From NCBI RefSeq assembly GCF_009914755.1, contig NC_060929.1: a stretch of DNA of 64,000 nucleotides; one strand, written 5' to 3'. Positions 17,031 through 32,459 of this stretch are shown in pieces. The notes beneath the pieces were generated by a model. That model had not been told where the DNA came from, did no database searches, and saw nothing but the letters and a program-made list of their open reading frames with translations. The position numbers and the translations under genes are program-made. This stretch comes from the human T2T-CHM13v2.0 reference genome, Homo sapiens. Every line of letters begins with the position of its first letter. Within the stretch, counting starts at the first letter, position 1.

Positions 17031-17921
17031 AACTAAAGGTCACAAACATGCAAACTAATTAAAATCCCTGTTTACATTCCTGGCACAGGATTTATTACTT
17101 TAAAACTTTCTATGACTTCACTTGCTTCTAATTGAAGTCTGTATTCCTTATGGTAACTTTTAGTTCTTGCTTCTGTGAGCCTTAGTCTGTCTTACCTTGT
17201 ATTACTTTCTAAAACAATCCTTCATTAATCAGCCTGGTTTAGTCATTTTTTCTCTCTTTAAATTTTAACATTTCTGACAACAAGCTTATGTGTACACATA
17301 GGACACATTTCCTGTATTCTCAGAATCCACCTGTTGAAATGCATTCCATCCTTTAAAACGCTAGTCCTAGCTTATTTGACATCTAATCGTAGCGTTACTA
17401 CTGTGTTTTCTCCTCCGGGAGTTTCTCACACATGTATGCCTTACTTTCCCTGGAGAGACTAGGTTTACACATGGTAGGGATTGGGCCTTATGTTTGCTTC
17501 TTCCATGGCTTTTGTTAGCACTGGTGGAATTCATGGGCACACTTTGCATTCAGTTTTTTTTTTTTTCCCCTGGAAATATGCTTACTGAATCAACTGCGTG
17601 CTTCCTTGTGGCCATATGTTTGGTATGTGGTCCAAGTAAACCTGAAGCGAGAGTCACAAGAATAGTTAAAATAAAATAAATGAAATTTGAGGAGTTAAAC
17701 ATCGTTAGTAACTCCTTCCTACTTTTTAAAGACTTGCCTTTATTGTAAGTTGTTAACCTGTCTTTGCCAGTGATGAAATTGTTCAGTCTTTCAATATCAG
17801 ATTTCCATTTTTTTTAAATTAAATAACAAATACTAAAATAACATTCTCAACACTTCCTGGGGCATCACAGGATGGAGGTGTCACATTAGATTAAAATATA
17901 AAACGTTTTTTGCTTATTTAG

Positions 17922-18002
17922 ATTGGTGCTGGTGAAGAGAAGCAAAAGGAAGGAGGCAAAAAGAAGAACAAAGAAGGATCTGGAGATGGAGGTCGAGCTG
18001 AG
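17922..18002 (+). CDS. TARS1: TARS1 exon 2 (IGAGEEKQKEGGKKKNKEGSGDGGRAE)
   Basis: TTTAG| ... GAG|GTAAAA; 81 nt, phase 0/0. Confidence 0.95.
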
Positions 18003-19597
18003 GTAAAAGTTATCATCACAGAGGGCTCTGTTATCAGAGGTTGGCAAATCGCAGGGAACTTTCTGAGACTTTCCTAATGTGTAAGGGTTCTAATGGTTTA
18101 CATGGTAGTGTAAGATGGTACTGGTTGGAAAAATCAGGAAGAAGAATTAGGAAAGGGTAATCTGAGAGGGGAAAAAAGACTTTCAGTTGTTACTGTAAAA
18201 GGAAGCAACTGGCGTATGATTGTATAAGATGATCTGATTGTAGGGTTGAATATAAAAATCAGAGAACAAAAGTTGAAGAGGAGACTGGTAATTATTCAGT
18301 TGCCAGATGTGATGCCAGCTCTGACATTTCATTAAATGAGATGTTAGGGAATAGAGACTTGGTGTTTGGGCTTACACTGAATACAATGAAAACCAAAGAA
18401 AGCCAGTTTTTTGACCCCCTCCTTGCCCTTTCCATCTGGACCTGCCCTAGGGTTGGCTTCTAAGCCAGGACAGATCCCCTTAAGGCCTCTCAAGTCTGCA
18501 GAAAATGCTTTCACTTCTCCAGGCTCACACTGAAAGGAACTGGCATATCAAAAGCCAGCCCTAAATCAACCTGGTTCCTGAGTATTTTGCTTTTACAGGC
18601 AGTTAAGCTTGCCTTTCTACTTTATTTTTACTGCTGTGAACTGTGCTTCACTTTTTGCTTTAGTCATTACAGCTGTTTTATTGGAGACTCTTTAGAAAGC
18701 TACCAGAAGGAAGAAGCACAAAGGAACAGCCTTTTTAGAAGTAGCACAGTAAGCTGGCTTTTAAGAGCCACTTTTACAAATGCTGCAATTGCTAAATTTA
18801 TAGTGCCGTCATTTACTTTAGGGTAAGTTTATAGATGATCAAGTGTAGTGTTGCTTAGAACCCTACCTAACCATTTATCTTACGGCTGATCAGTTGATCA
18901 GTCTCCCGACCATTATACCCCCACTGTAATTGTGAAGAAAATTGTTGATTGTGAATTTTAAAATTTGCAAGCCAATGGAAAAATGCATATGTTCCCTAAT
19001 TTCTTTTTTATACTTTCAATACAAACATACGTGCTGTTCCATCACAGCTTGAGAAATGACCTGGAAATAAGACAAAGAGTATAATTAGAAGACTCTTCTG
19101 AACAGAGAATTTTAAGTGGGACATGTGATTATTTATGTTTAACGATTGGTCTGGAAAAAAGAGTGTACAGTGAACTGTCCAAGACCTTGGTCTTCCCCTC
19201 CAAGGGCAACTTGCAGGTTTTATTCATCTCTGCAATCACAGAGACTGACACAGAGGGTATCTGCTGAATGAATGTTGAAGAGATTTTGACACGAAATTCT
19301 AATTGGGACATTGCAAGTGGCTATGATGATAAACTGCAGTTAAGATACAGAGGGTGGTGCAGGTGGGTAGGATTATAATGATGCTTTAGAGTGGATGGAA
19401 CTGGGTACTGTGCATTAGTCTGAGGGGTTCAGATTATGGTTGTAGAATGACAGGCTCTGTCTGAGCTTTTAGTTAATTCATGGGTTCTTCACCATTGAAG
19501 GTTATGGACCGTTGTGATAATTTGATGAAAAGCTCTCAACAACTGAACGACTAAAGAAAGGGAGGGACTGCTGTGGGTGGGAATTACAAAGATATTA

Positions 19598-20157
<560 letters not shown>

Positions 20158-21138
20158 TAAGGATTAGATATTCCCTTGTACTCCTTTCAAATTGTGGTAT
20201 GTTGATATATATGGAGACATATGTATGGAGACGTTGGTAGCATTATCAACATTGAATAAATGTTAAAATCTGTATTGCAGTAAGTCATTTTATATCTGAT
20301 AGATTGAAATTCATTTGAAGATAGAAAGTCATGGCAAAATTAAGCAATCTCCTCTTCACTTTTGTATGAAGTGTTAATGTTCATGTAATTTGAAGATGAT
20401 GAATGCTGTAGATGTTAGTTTGACTGTTTTGTTACCACAGATTCACTGCCTTTTTGAAATGTTCCATAGATTATAGAGTGACAGTAGAAGAAGTCAGCTC
20501 TCTGATTGCTGTCTCTTTTTCTTTCTTTGCCAAACCTCTAGAAACCTAAGTGGGTGTTTTATATAGAATATTTTTGTTAATTTTATCTGCTATAGAAAGT
20601 AGTAGTGTGTTGTTTTATATAGTTGCTAATTACATACTCCAAGGTGATCATGGCATCTTTGAATTCAGTAAATACTTTCCTTGAAGGGGAGACCTTAAGT
20701 CAAAGAAATTTGTGATTGGTTGTGAGTGGACATATAGGCTGACCCGCTGCACAGACCATCACCTGGACATGAATGAAACAAAATAGAAAAGCCAGTTTAT
20801 TGTTTTTATTTCCAGTATTGTTTATAGCTCTATTTGTAAAATAATTTAGTTAGAAAAGATCCTAAGAAGACATCTTAAAAGAGAAAAGACCACTTGCTGT
20901 AAATAGTAGCAAAATGGTAATTGTCGATTCAGCATAAGAATAGGGCATTTAATTCCTTCTTTTACCTTCATTTAGAACCAAATTGAGGTAATGCCGGGTG
21001 ATTTTGGCAGTGTTTATTTACCACATTGAATCAATAGTCCTGGGTTTCTGTATTGTTTTTATTATTTCTTTCCCATTTCTAAATAGGAAAGCAATATTTA
21101 CTGATCATTTATTTCCTGATTTGTTTGTTGTCTTGCAG

Positions 21139-21329
21139 TTGAATCCTTGGCCTGAATATATTTACACACGTCTTGAGATGTATAATATACTAAAAGCAGA
21201 ACATGATTCCATTCTGGCAGAAAAGGCAGAAAAAGATAGCAAGCCAATTAAAGTCACTTTGCCTGATGGTAAACAGGTTGATGCGGAATCTTGGAAAACT
21301 ACACCATATCAAATTGCCTGTGGAATTAG
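21139..21329 (+). CDS. TARS1: TARS1 exon 3 (LNPWPEY...IACGIS; start of TGS domain)
   Basis: TTGCAG| ... AG|GTATAA; 191 nt; 'IKVTLPDG' TGS signature. Confidence 0.97.
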
Positions 21330-22009
21330 GTATAAGCTACACCCATCATGACCTTCCATAGTTTGTGGTCTAACTAAACTTCCTTTTATTATCTTGCCAT
21401 GTTTTATTCTTATAATATTTTTATGTTACCATTCAGTGTTTTTAATCTGTTTAATTTTGCCTACTTGAGATTTTTTAAAAATCAAAATGATACAGAGCTT
21501 TGTAGTCAAAATTCAAAGTTAATTTCTGAAAGAGTTTACTTTGGTCTTATCTTTTGGGGCATTGTATATTTTTAGTCTTACTATGATTATAAATGTTACA
21601 AAACCGACTAGACAGTGTTTACCTATTTCGACTTAAATGTCTTGGTTTTGAAGTTAAAAATGAAGCTACATAATCTCACATGGAAAGGTTAAGAAACTTC
21701 ATATAACACATGAAAAAAATGTACTATTTTTATAAATTCAATGAAAGACTATTCCTAGTCTTAAAACTTTTATTGGGGTGGGAAGAAGTTATTTCAATTA
21801 ACTGAGAATTAGATGCATATTTTGTAATAGGGGAGAGGCTTTCTTAATCTGATATGATTGGGATCAATAATTGGTCAGTTTATCAAAATAAGAGTTGGTA
21901 AAACATATATATGTGTATATATATACGCGTATATATACACGTGTATATATATATATCTTAAACTGGGTATTGGGAAACTCTAGTCATAATCTGTTTGTGT
22001 ATGTCCTGA

Positions 22010-24270
<2,261 letters not shown>

Positions 24271-24938
24271 GTTTTGTTACAAATCTTAAAGATTATTTTA
24301 CCCTTCTTTGAAAAATTGAAATGATCCAGTATGGCCCATGTGTAATCTACATTTTCAGAGTAACTCTATTCTTAGAATCTTGGGGCTCCATATTGGATCA
24401 TAAGATAAAAGTCATGTTCTTCCCAAAGAATATAGAGAATATGATTATCCTTTTTATCAGTTCTTTAATCTCCTGAAAACTGTTTTACACCAATATGATG
24501 AAATACATTTCTCTCTGCCAAATTCATGTTATGTTTTGTGAAATGCATGTATTTATTTTATTGACTCCATCTGATCTCAGGAGGAAAGAAAACATTGTTT
24601 ATAACCTATGGTAAAGTTAGTAGGAGCATTGAAAATAGAAAGGAGTTTGTTGTTTACTTTCTGTTTGGTTCTTTTCTCTTGATCCTCAGATAGGAGTTGT
24701 ATACATTTTGTTGTAAACCCTTAGACATAGAGAGCCACCAACACAGCAAGCCTGGCTAGCTTAAAGCCTTCTAGTGGTAGGTTTCTTTGAGATTTACAGT
24801 GTAAAGGGTGTATACTTTTTCTTCACAGTGTAGAATGTTGCCTACCTTCGTTGAGATGTCCAGGCTGTTATAGACTATTATTTCTCTAGCTGTGCATTTA
24901 GATGTATAATCTGGCTCACCTACTCAACTCTGCTCTAG

Positions 24939-25037
24939 TCACACAGCTTCCTGCAAAAACCTCTCTTCACTTGCATCTCTGCTTGCATCTGTGGCCATTC
25001 CCTCATCTGGAATGCCATGGCCTCCTCTTTTCTTCCT
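24939..25037 (+). CDS. TARS1: TARS1 alternative cassette exon (+33 aa: S-HTASCKNLSSLASLLASVAIPSSGMPWPPLFF-L)
   Basis: CTCTAG| ... CT|GTGAGT; 99 nt, open and phase 2/2 compatible; 723+33 = 756 aa, the size I recall for a longer annotated isoform (not verifiable here). Confidence 0.7.
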
Positions 25038-25886
25038 GTGAGTGCTTTATCCTCAAAGCCTTTCCAGATGACTCTGACCTGTACTGCTTTCCCTCCTCAG
25101 AACTCCTGTAGCTTTTACACTCTGTGTGCTCTGATATTTCATCACTTGATGATACTTTATGTTCGATGTTGTATATTGGGTGTGTAATGTTTTTACTCAC
25201 ATTATATGGAAAGTTTTATTAAATAGTCTTTCATTTTACCTCTATATTTGTTATAAATATTATCATAGGCATTTGCAGAATTTATTCTGAGGTTAGCATT
25301 GTCTGTCAAAGAAAGGATCTGGTGTACATTTTAAGCAGGAAGAGGAACAGAGAAGTTATTTAGTAGGCCTTTTTTTTTTCCTTTGGAGTCTACATAGCTT
25401 AGCTTTGTAGAAAGAGAAAGGTGGGTGTATTAAGAGAAAACTCGGTGTGGTGACTTGTGCCAGTTGTCCCAGCTACTCTAGAGGCTGATGTTGGAGGATT
25501 GCTTCAGGCCAGGAGGCCAGCCTGCGCAACATAGCAAGACCCTGTCGCTAAAAAATTAAAAAAAAAAAAACTTATTTGTTGGAGAAATTAAGATTATTCA
25601 AACCATTGGAAATTGATAGTGCTTATTTATCAGAGTTGCCATATCTGCTTAAACAGGAGGCATTCAATGTCAAATGATAATGTTCTGCATTTTCAGGATC
25701 TTCCAGTTAGGTTCTTAGGTACATTTTTGGAATTTGTTGTTTTTATCATTATATTTCAGAAAAATAGAGATACATCAATATAAAAAAACAATATATAATA
25801 AAAATAGTGTTTATTTTCCTGTTTTCAAATTAGATTCGTGTGTACTTATATATGTGTGGACTTTTTTTTTTTTTTTTTTTTTTAAG

Positions 25887-26010
25887 TCAAGGCCTGGCCG
25901 ACAACACCGTTATTGCTAAAGTAAATAATGTTGTGTGGGACCTGGACCGCCCTCTGGAAGAAGATTGTACCTTGGAGCTTCTCAAGTTTGAGGATGAGGA
26001 AGCTCAGGCA
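25887..26010 (+). CDS. TARS1: TARS1 exon 4 ([27 protein letters not shown]...)
   Basis: Poly-T AAG| ... GCA|GTAAGT; 124 nt. Confidence 0.97.
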
Positions 26011-26309
26011 GTAAGTTGCTGATTAGTATTCATTGAATTTTAGGATGCAGATTCACATTTGAAGTCTTTTCCAGCTCAGTCCTGCTGCGATTGGGTGGCT
26101 AACATTTATTGTTGTCTCACTGTCATATTTGAAATCTTCATTTTGTCCTTCATTTAGGGAACATAATAAAAGTGCTTGCCTTAGAAAATAAAGGGGTGAA
26201 GCTGAATAAGTCTTTTCATTACTAGACACTTCAATAGGGAAAATGTTTTGGGAATTGTATTAAACATTGATTAAGCAAGTAAAAATTGTTTTCTAAACTG
26301 TGAACACTA

Positions 26310-26617
26310 TTTTATTTTAATTTTTTTTTTTTTTAATGATGGAGTCTTGCTTTGTCACTCAGACTGTAGTGCAGTGGTGCGCTCTTGCCTCAGTACAACC
26401 TCCACCTCCCAGGTTCAAGCTATTCTCCTGCCTCAGCCTCCCAAGTAGCTGGGATTATAGGAGCGCACTACCACACTTGGCTAATTTTTGTATTTTTAGT
26501 AGAGATGGGGTTTCACCATGTTGGCCAGGCTGGTCTTGAACTCCTGACCTCAAGTGATCTGCCCACCTCGGCCCCCCAAAGTGCTGGGATTATAGGTGTG
26601 AGCCACTGTGCCTGGCC
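26310..26617 (-). mobile_element. AluS
   Basis: Alu consensus. Confidence 0.9.
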
Positions 26618-27542
26618 TCTAAGCTATGAACACTCTAGCAAGATATGTACATTTGACAAATAAATTTGAACCTTACTTCAAAGCACTGCCTTTATTGGAT
26701 AATTTCTGTATTTTTTTCTCATCTTAAGATGCAAATCTGCTGGATAACACTATAAAAGTCAACCTGCATGTGATGACAAGATTTTCTTTTTAATTCTCCA
26801 TGGCTGTGTATCATATAAGGAGAGACAAAGTATTTTGTTTTAGTGATGATTGTTCACTTATGTATGTGGATTAGTGGTTTTCAAATGTATTTTGGAGCCC
26901 TCAAGTTTCTTACGAGAATTTTTTAATGTCACTTTGGTACCTTAATACTAAATCTTGAAAACATTGCTTTGGGTGTATTCTGACTCATCCCAGTGATTAC
27001 TTTAAAACCAAGTACTGCCATTTGATTTCAGTGTACAGATGTTTGTCCTCGTGTTTTGTCATTGTGTTGTGGGGTCGGGTTGTACCACCTTTGTTTTGGG
27101 CCAGTAACAACATGTAATTTCTAAGTGATGTTCCATAGCCAGCTAAAGGCCAGATCACAGTGTCTGAGACATGGTGCTGTGGGCACATTGACTCAAAAGA
27201 ACCTGGGCCATTGCAATCAATGAGTTAGTCACATTGTGAGTAGCAGTTGTTTTCAGAGAACAAAGTCTATGTCATTTAATTAGTGATGCCAAGTTTAGTT
27301 TAATTTGTTTGAAAACAGCTAAACCAGATGATTTCCAAAATAAAAATACACTAGTAATTGGAAGCCTTTTGAATTACTTTGGCTATGGATAGAAACAGTA
27401 GTTTATAGATTTAGAAATTTAGGATTTTATATATTGGGTTTACTTGTAGTAAATATTATCATCTGTCTCTTTCAGACAACCACATTAATTGGCAACTTGT
27501 ATGCCAAGACTCAGACCATGCCATTTTTCTTTAAATTTTCAG

Positions 27543-27664
27543 GTGTATTGGCACTCTAGTGCTCACATAATGGGTGAAGCCATGGAAAGAGTCTATGGTG
27601 GATGTTTATGCTACGGTCCGCCAATAGAAAATGGATTCTATTATGACATGTACCTCGAAGAAGG
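27543..27664 (+). CDS. TARS1: TARS1 exon 5 (VYWHSSAH...; editing-domain HxxxH motif)
   Basis: TTTCAG| ... GG|GTAAGC; 122 nt. Confidence 0.97.
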
Positions 27665-28184
27665 GTAAGCCATCAACTAGATAAAGAAAACTGAAGTCAA
27701 TGACTATGGATCCATAAGTTATTCTTAAGAGTTCTCAGTAAGGGAGGAATGATATAGATCTCACTGCTTCTTCATCAGGTATGCCCATTATCAGTACTTG
27801 AAGTGTTGCAATTTACCTGAAGTAATAGAGGATTTGATGAGACCTCTGTTCTAGATTGATGGAGGTAGAGTCCTAAGGTATTTTGGGAAATTCAGGGAGA
27901 CTGGTCCTCCCCTCTCCTTTAAAACCTGGTGATAGAGTTGCGGGAAGGGGTCACTAGTGAGAAAGGTCTCCATGGATGACCAAGGTAGAAGCTACTGAAA
28001 ATATAAAATGTAAAAATTACTTATGAAAAATGTTTTGTTTAGAATTCTAAGATACGATGCAATAGTCTAATTTTTTAATATTAAAACCCTTGAAGTATTC
28101 CAAATACTATTTCCAAATGAACATTTTTCGAAGCCATGGTGTGATTCGAATGGAATGAAAAGATTATACTTTCTTCTCCTTCAG

Positions 28185-28302
28185 GGGTGTGTCTAGCAAT
28201 GATTTCTCTTCTCTGGAGGCTTTGTGTAAGAAAATCATTAAAGAAAAACAAGCTTTTGAAAGACTGGAAGTTAAGAAAGAAACTTTACTGGCAATGTTTA
28301 AG
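28185..28302 (+). CDS. TARS1: TARS1 exon 6
   Basis: CTTCAG| ... AAG|GTAAAT; 118 nt. Confidence 0.96.
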
Positions 28303-28599
28303 GTAAATTGAACCATAGTGCGTGGCCCCCACTGTTAATATCATTTATTCATGTTAGTTGAAGTGACACCACTGGCGTTCCGTGTACTAAGCTGAAGTCT
28401 AATTGGTTCTTTAGCAAAAATTAAGTGTTTTTATTATTTTTTTAATTTCATTTTTTTCCTAGCAAACCATTCCTTCAACATGTTTTTAAAACATGAAGTA
28501 TCAACATTTATATTCATACAGTGCTACGTTTTAGCTATAGTACTTAGAAGTAAAAATTAAAGGACAGTTTTTTAAAATAATAATTTTTCCTGTTTTCAG

Positions 28600-28664
28600 T
28601 ACAACAAGTTCAAATGCCGGATATTGAATGAAAAGGTGAATACTCCAACTACCACAGTCTATAG
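28600..28664 (+). CDS. TARS1: TARS1 exon 7 (YNKFKCRILNEK...)
   Basis: TTTCAG| ... AG|GTAAGA; 65 nt. Confidence 0.96.
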
Positions 28665-28746
28665 GTAAGAATATTAGATGTCATTAAATGTATCTGGTAT
28701 GTATGTCATTTTGTCTTTGTTAAAATTCCTTTCATTTTATCTTTAG

Positions 28747-28825
28747 ATGTGGCCCTTTGATAGATCTCTGCCGGGGTCCTCATGTTAGACACACGGGCAA
28801 AATTAAGGCTTTAAAAATACACAAA
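28747..28825 (+). CDS. TARS1: TARS1 exon 8 ([12 protein letters not shown])
   Basis: CTTTAG| ... AAA|GTAAGT; 79 nt; conserved DLCRGPH editing motif. Confidence 0.97.
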
Positions 28826-29384
28826 GTAAGTAATGTAACTTTAAAGACTGTGAATGTATCTGTCTAGAATAGATATATGTTTAAACTTTCACTGATTTCT
28901 CTTTACCATTTTCTGTTGCACATGAAAGGATGGTATTTTCTCATGCTCTCTATTAACTGGGAGCTGTATGCCATCAGGATTTTATAATTGAAATCCCTCA
29001 AGGGGTGACTGACTTGCTGTCATTGCCAGAGCAATCACAGGGGATGGAGATTTTACAAAATCATACAGCATGGGCCATCCTGGCTCTATAAAAGCTTTGA
29101 GACTCACTGGGAGTATGTGCTTTTGCCCTTTATATGTCTAAATTAATAATTTCCCAAGTTGTTGTTTTTAACAGAACCCAGTTTTATACTAGTTCATAAA
29201 CATTTTATGGAGGTTTTTAAAATGCACTTTAAATCAAGAGAATAATTGAGTCATTTCAAGATTTTTTTTTTATTGGCTCATTTCTATTTTTGCTCATTTT
29301 GTGAGAAATGCCTTTGCAGGCAAAGTAATGTTTGTGGAATTGTGGTTGAGTATTGAGGGGTGGGCAGTTTTGGGGGTATTGGGG

Positions 29385-29693
29385 TGTAGAATGGGTCTCA
29401 CTCTGTTGCCCCAAAAAGACAGAGTGGAGGACCACTTGAGCCTGGGAAATGAGGTTGCAGTGAATGGAGATCGTGCCACTGCACTCCAGGCTCAAGCAGT
29501 CCTCCTGCCTTAGCCTCCTGAGTAGCTGCGACCATAAGCGCACACCACCATGCCTGGGTAATTTTCTTTTTTTTAAATAAAGAATGGGGTCTCCCTGTGT
29601 TTCCCAGGCTGGTCTCGAACTCCCAGGCTCAAGCAATCCTCTTGCCTCGGCTTCACAGAGTGCTGGGATTACAGGCATGAGCCACTGCACCCA
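29385..29693 (-). mobile_element. AluJ with an internal inversion
   Basis: Antisense Alu containing a sense-oriented segment at 29426-29489. Confidence 0.8.
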
Positions 29694-29854
29694 CCTGCAG
29701 ATTGAGGGAGGGGCATTTTTGAGGATAGAAAACAGCCAACTTTGTGCTGCAGAATGAGTAACTACTCTAACAAGGCCTCAAAGCAATTGGGAGTTAAAAT
29801 AAGTGAGATGTTTACAAATTTGAATGTTGTTTCATGGTTAATCCTTGTTTTCAG

Positions 29855-30001
29855 AATTCCTCCACGTACTGGGAAGGCAAAGCAGATATGGAGACTCTCC
29901 AGAGAATTTATGGCATTTCATTCCCAGATCCTAAAATGTTGAAAGAGTGGGAGAAGTTCCAAGAGGAAGCTAAAAACCGAGATCATAGGAAAATTGGCAG
30001 G
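29855..30001 (+). CDS. TARS1: TARS1 exon 9 (NSSTYWEG...[10 protein letters not shown]...RDHRKIGR)
   Basis: TTTCAG| ... AGG|GTATGT; 147 nt. Confidence 0.97.
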
Positions 30002-31163
30002 GTATGTTCAAGAACAATGATGTGTCTTGACTGAGTTTTCTTCAACTTCATTTGAAGTTTGAAATTCAGCTGCATGAAGTACTAGGAATTTTGTTTTGAA
30101 GAGATGTTGTAGCTTTTTAGTAACTGGTGCTATGTCCTGTACAAACTATAAACACTTACTGATTGTCCACATTATCTGCCTGGAGTATGCTCAGTACCGC
30201 ACAAAAATGCATTTGAACTACTTTTATTGAGAGCAAACACTGATGATCTACGGTTTTCTGTAAAAGAAGTATAACAGCTTCTCATAGAGCTGGGAGAACT
30301 ATGGAAACCCTCTAGTTTCACTGACTCATTTAAAATGTGGAAACAGAGTCCCACAAAGATTAACCTACTTGTTGCCCAAGGTTTAGCAGCATGTCGCACA
30401 TGGATCCTGTGCTATCATTTCCTCTACCCATTATCTCTGTTACTGCTGAATGTCCTCTAAACTGGAAGTTAGGCTAGATAAAACATTCCCCCTTAAAATA
30501 GGCACTCTGTGCCAGGGGTCCTTGGCTATTAGGTTATGAAGCTTGAGCTGGAGGTAGCAGCCACTGCCTTGCACCCCTGACTACCTGACATTCCAGCTAT
30601 GAGGCAGCCAGCAATGATTGATGGGCCCTTCCCTGAGGGCTTTTGGGCACTTGGGGAGGCGGATGTTGGCAAGGAGGTAGGAGGGTGTGTTTCTTTCACC
30701 ATGACCCAAAGTCAGCCAACTTTACCATCATCTATTTCATTATCAGTGTCTTTTTCCCAGTCTCCTTCCTGATACTCTTACTAAGAAAATAAATACATAC
30801 ATAAATAAAATGAAAAAAGATCCAGATCTTGGAGCTTTAAGGAATTTAAGAACCATGAGAGGTACTGCAGTGGATAGTTAAAGAACTGAAGGGACCCTTA
30901 TTCCCTGCCACTGTTGGGGAAACTTGACTGGATTGAGGAATATAACAGGCAGGGCATGTGTTACACGTCTGCCAAATTGTAAATCAGCTGCAATTCTATA
31001 ACATCAGAAACACTGACATGGTTTCTTTGATTCAGGAGTGGCACTGATTGAAATATGGGACATCATGACCATATTCTGAGCTCAAGAACACTGAAATTTA
31101 TGTATATATACACACACGTATACGTGACGTACATAAACATTCTTTTGCTTTTCTTTTACCCAG

Positions 31164-31262
31164 GACCAAGAACTATATTTCTTTCATGAACTCAGCCCTG
31201 GAAGTTGCTTTTTTCTGCCAAAAGGAGCCTACATTTATAATGCACTTATTGAATTCATTAGG
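31164..31262 (+). CDS. TARS1: TARS1 exon 10 ([21 protein letters not shown]...)
   Basis: CCCAG| ... AGG|GTAAGT; 99 nt. Confidence 0.97.
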
Positions 31263-31559
31263 GTAAGTCATATTTATTGCTTTCTTCTTTAGATTTAGGA
31301 TATGTGATCATTTTATTAAATAAGGTCTACTAAAAGGAAAGATAATCTGTATTTGAGAAGAAATATATAAGACGATAAGTAAAAGTAGAAGTCTGTGGCC
31401 TCATAAATCATCCCTAATAGTTGATTTTGCCCATATACACATAGAAACTGGTGAGCTTGAAGGGGGACCTGTGGTCCTTGACATAGGAGCTCTGTGCCCT
31501 CTTTGACTTTGATCATTTATTTGTATTTTCTTTGAAAAAACGGTTTTTACATTGCTTTT

Positions 31560-32260
31560 TTCCTTTGTAAATTATGAAATGTTTCAAGTATAAGTTTATA
31601 GAGAATAGTATATCCAATATCTTGTACTTAACTACCCACATTTAACAAATATTCACATTGGGCTATATTTGCTTGAGATTTTTTCATTCATGATATTAAA
31701 AAAAAAATTAGTTGTTTAAAAAGCCTCTCTTTAGGACCCAGTTTTGATCCATATACCTCCATATACTGGTATATATATCCATATACTGGTATATCATATA
31801 CCAGTTTTCTAGAAGAAACTACTGTTTTGAAGTTGGCATGGATTCTTTTTGTCCATGTTACTTATATCTAGCCCATGTATTTGTACCCTTAAATTATTTA
31901 TGTATTTGTGTGTTACATATAGGAAGCCTCATTGTGTATCAGACTGCCTTGTGATTTATTTTTAGAGACATGCAAATCAAGTTTATTTTCACTTGCTACA
32001 TATTATTTTGTTATATAACTACCACAATGCACTCATCCCTGTATTGATGGACACTGATGTATAATTGTCCCTTATTATCAGCCATGCTGCAGTAGCATCA
32101 CTTTTATAAGCCTCCTTAGGTACATGTGCCAAGAGTTTTCTCTCTGGTATATACTTAGAAGTGGGATTTCTGAATCATGGCATGTGTCCATCTTTTTCAT
32201 GAGAGAGTATAAAATCACTCTTTAAGTTTTTACTCCCACTTGAAGTATGAGCATTTATTT
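31560..32260 (-). mobile_element. Old L1M fragment, antisense
   Basis: 'tatatacttagaagtgggatttctgaatcatg', 'ttgatggacact' L1M-like text. Confidence 0.6.
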
Positions 32261-32292
32261 GCCTACACATGTTTCTGTTTATTTTCTATCAG

Positions 32293-32459
32293 AGCGAATA
32301 TAGGAAAAGAGGATTCCAGGAGGTAGTCACCCCAAACATCTTCAACAGCCGACTCTGGATGACCTCGGGCCACTGGCAGCACTACAGCGAGAACATGTTC
32401 TCCTTTGAGGTGGAGAAGGAGCTGTTTGCCCTGAAACCCATGAACTGCCCAGGACACTG
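32293..32459 (+). CDS. TARS1: TARS1 exon 11 ([16 protein letters not shown] Zn-ligand motif)
   Basis: TATCAG| ... TG|GTATTC; 167 nt. Confidence 0.97.
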
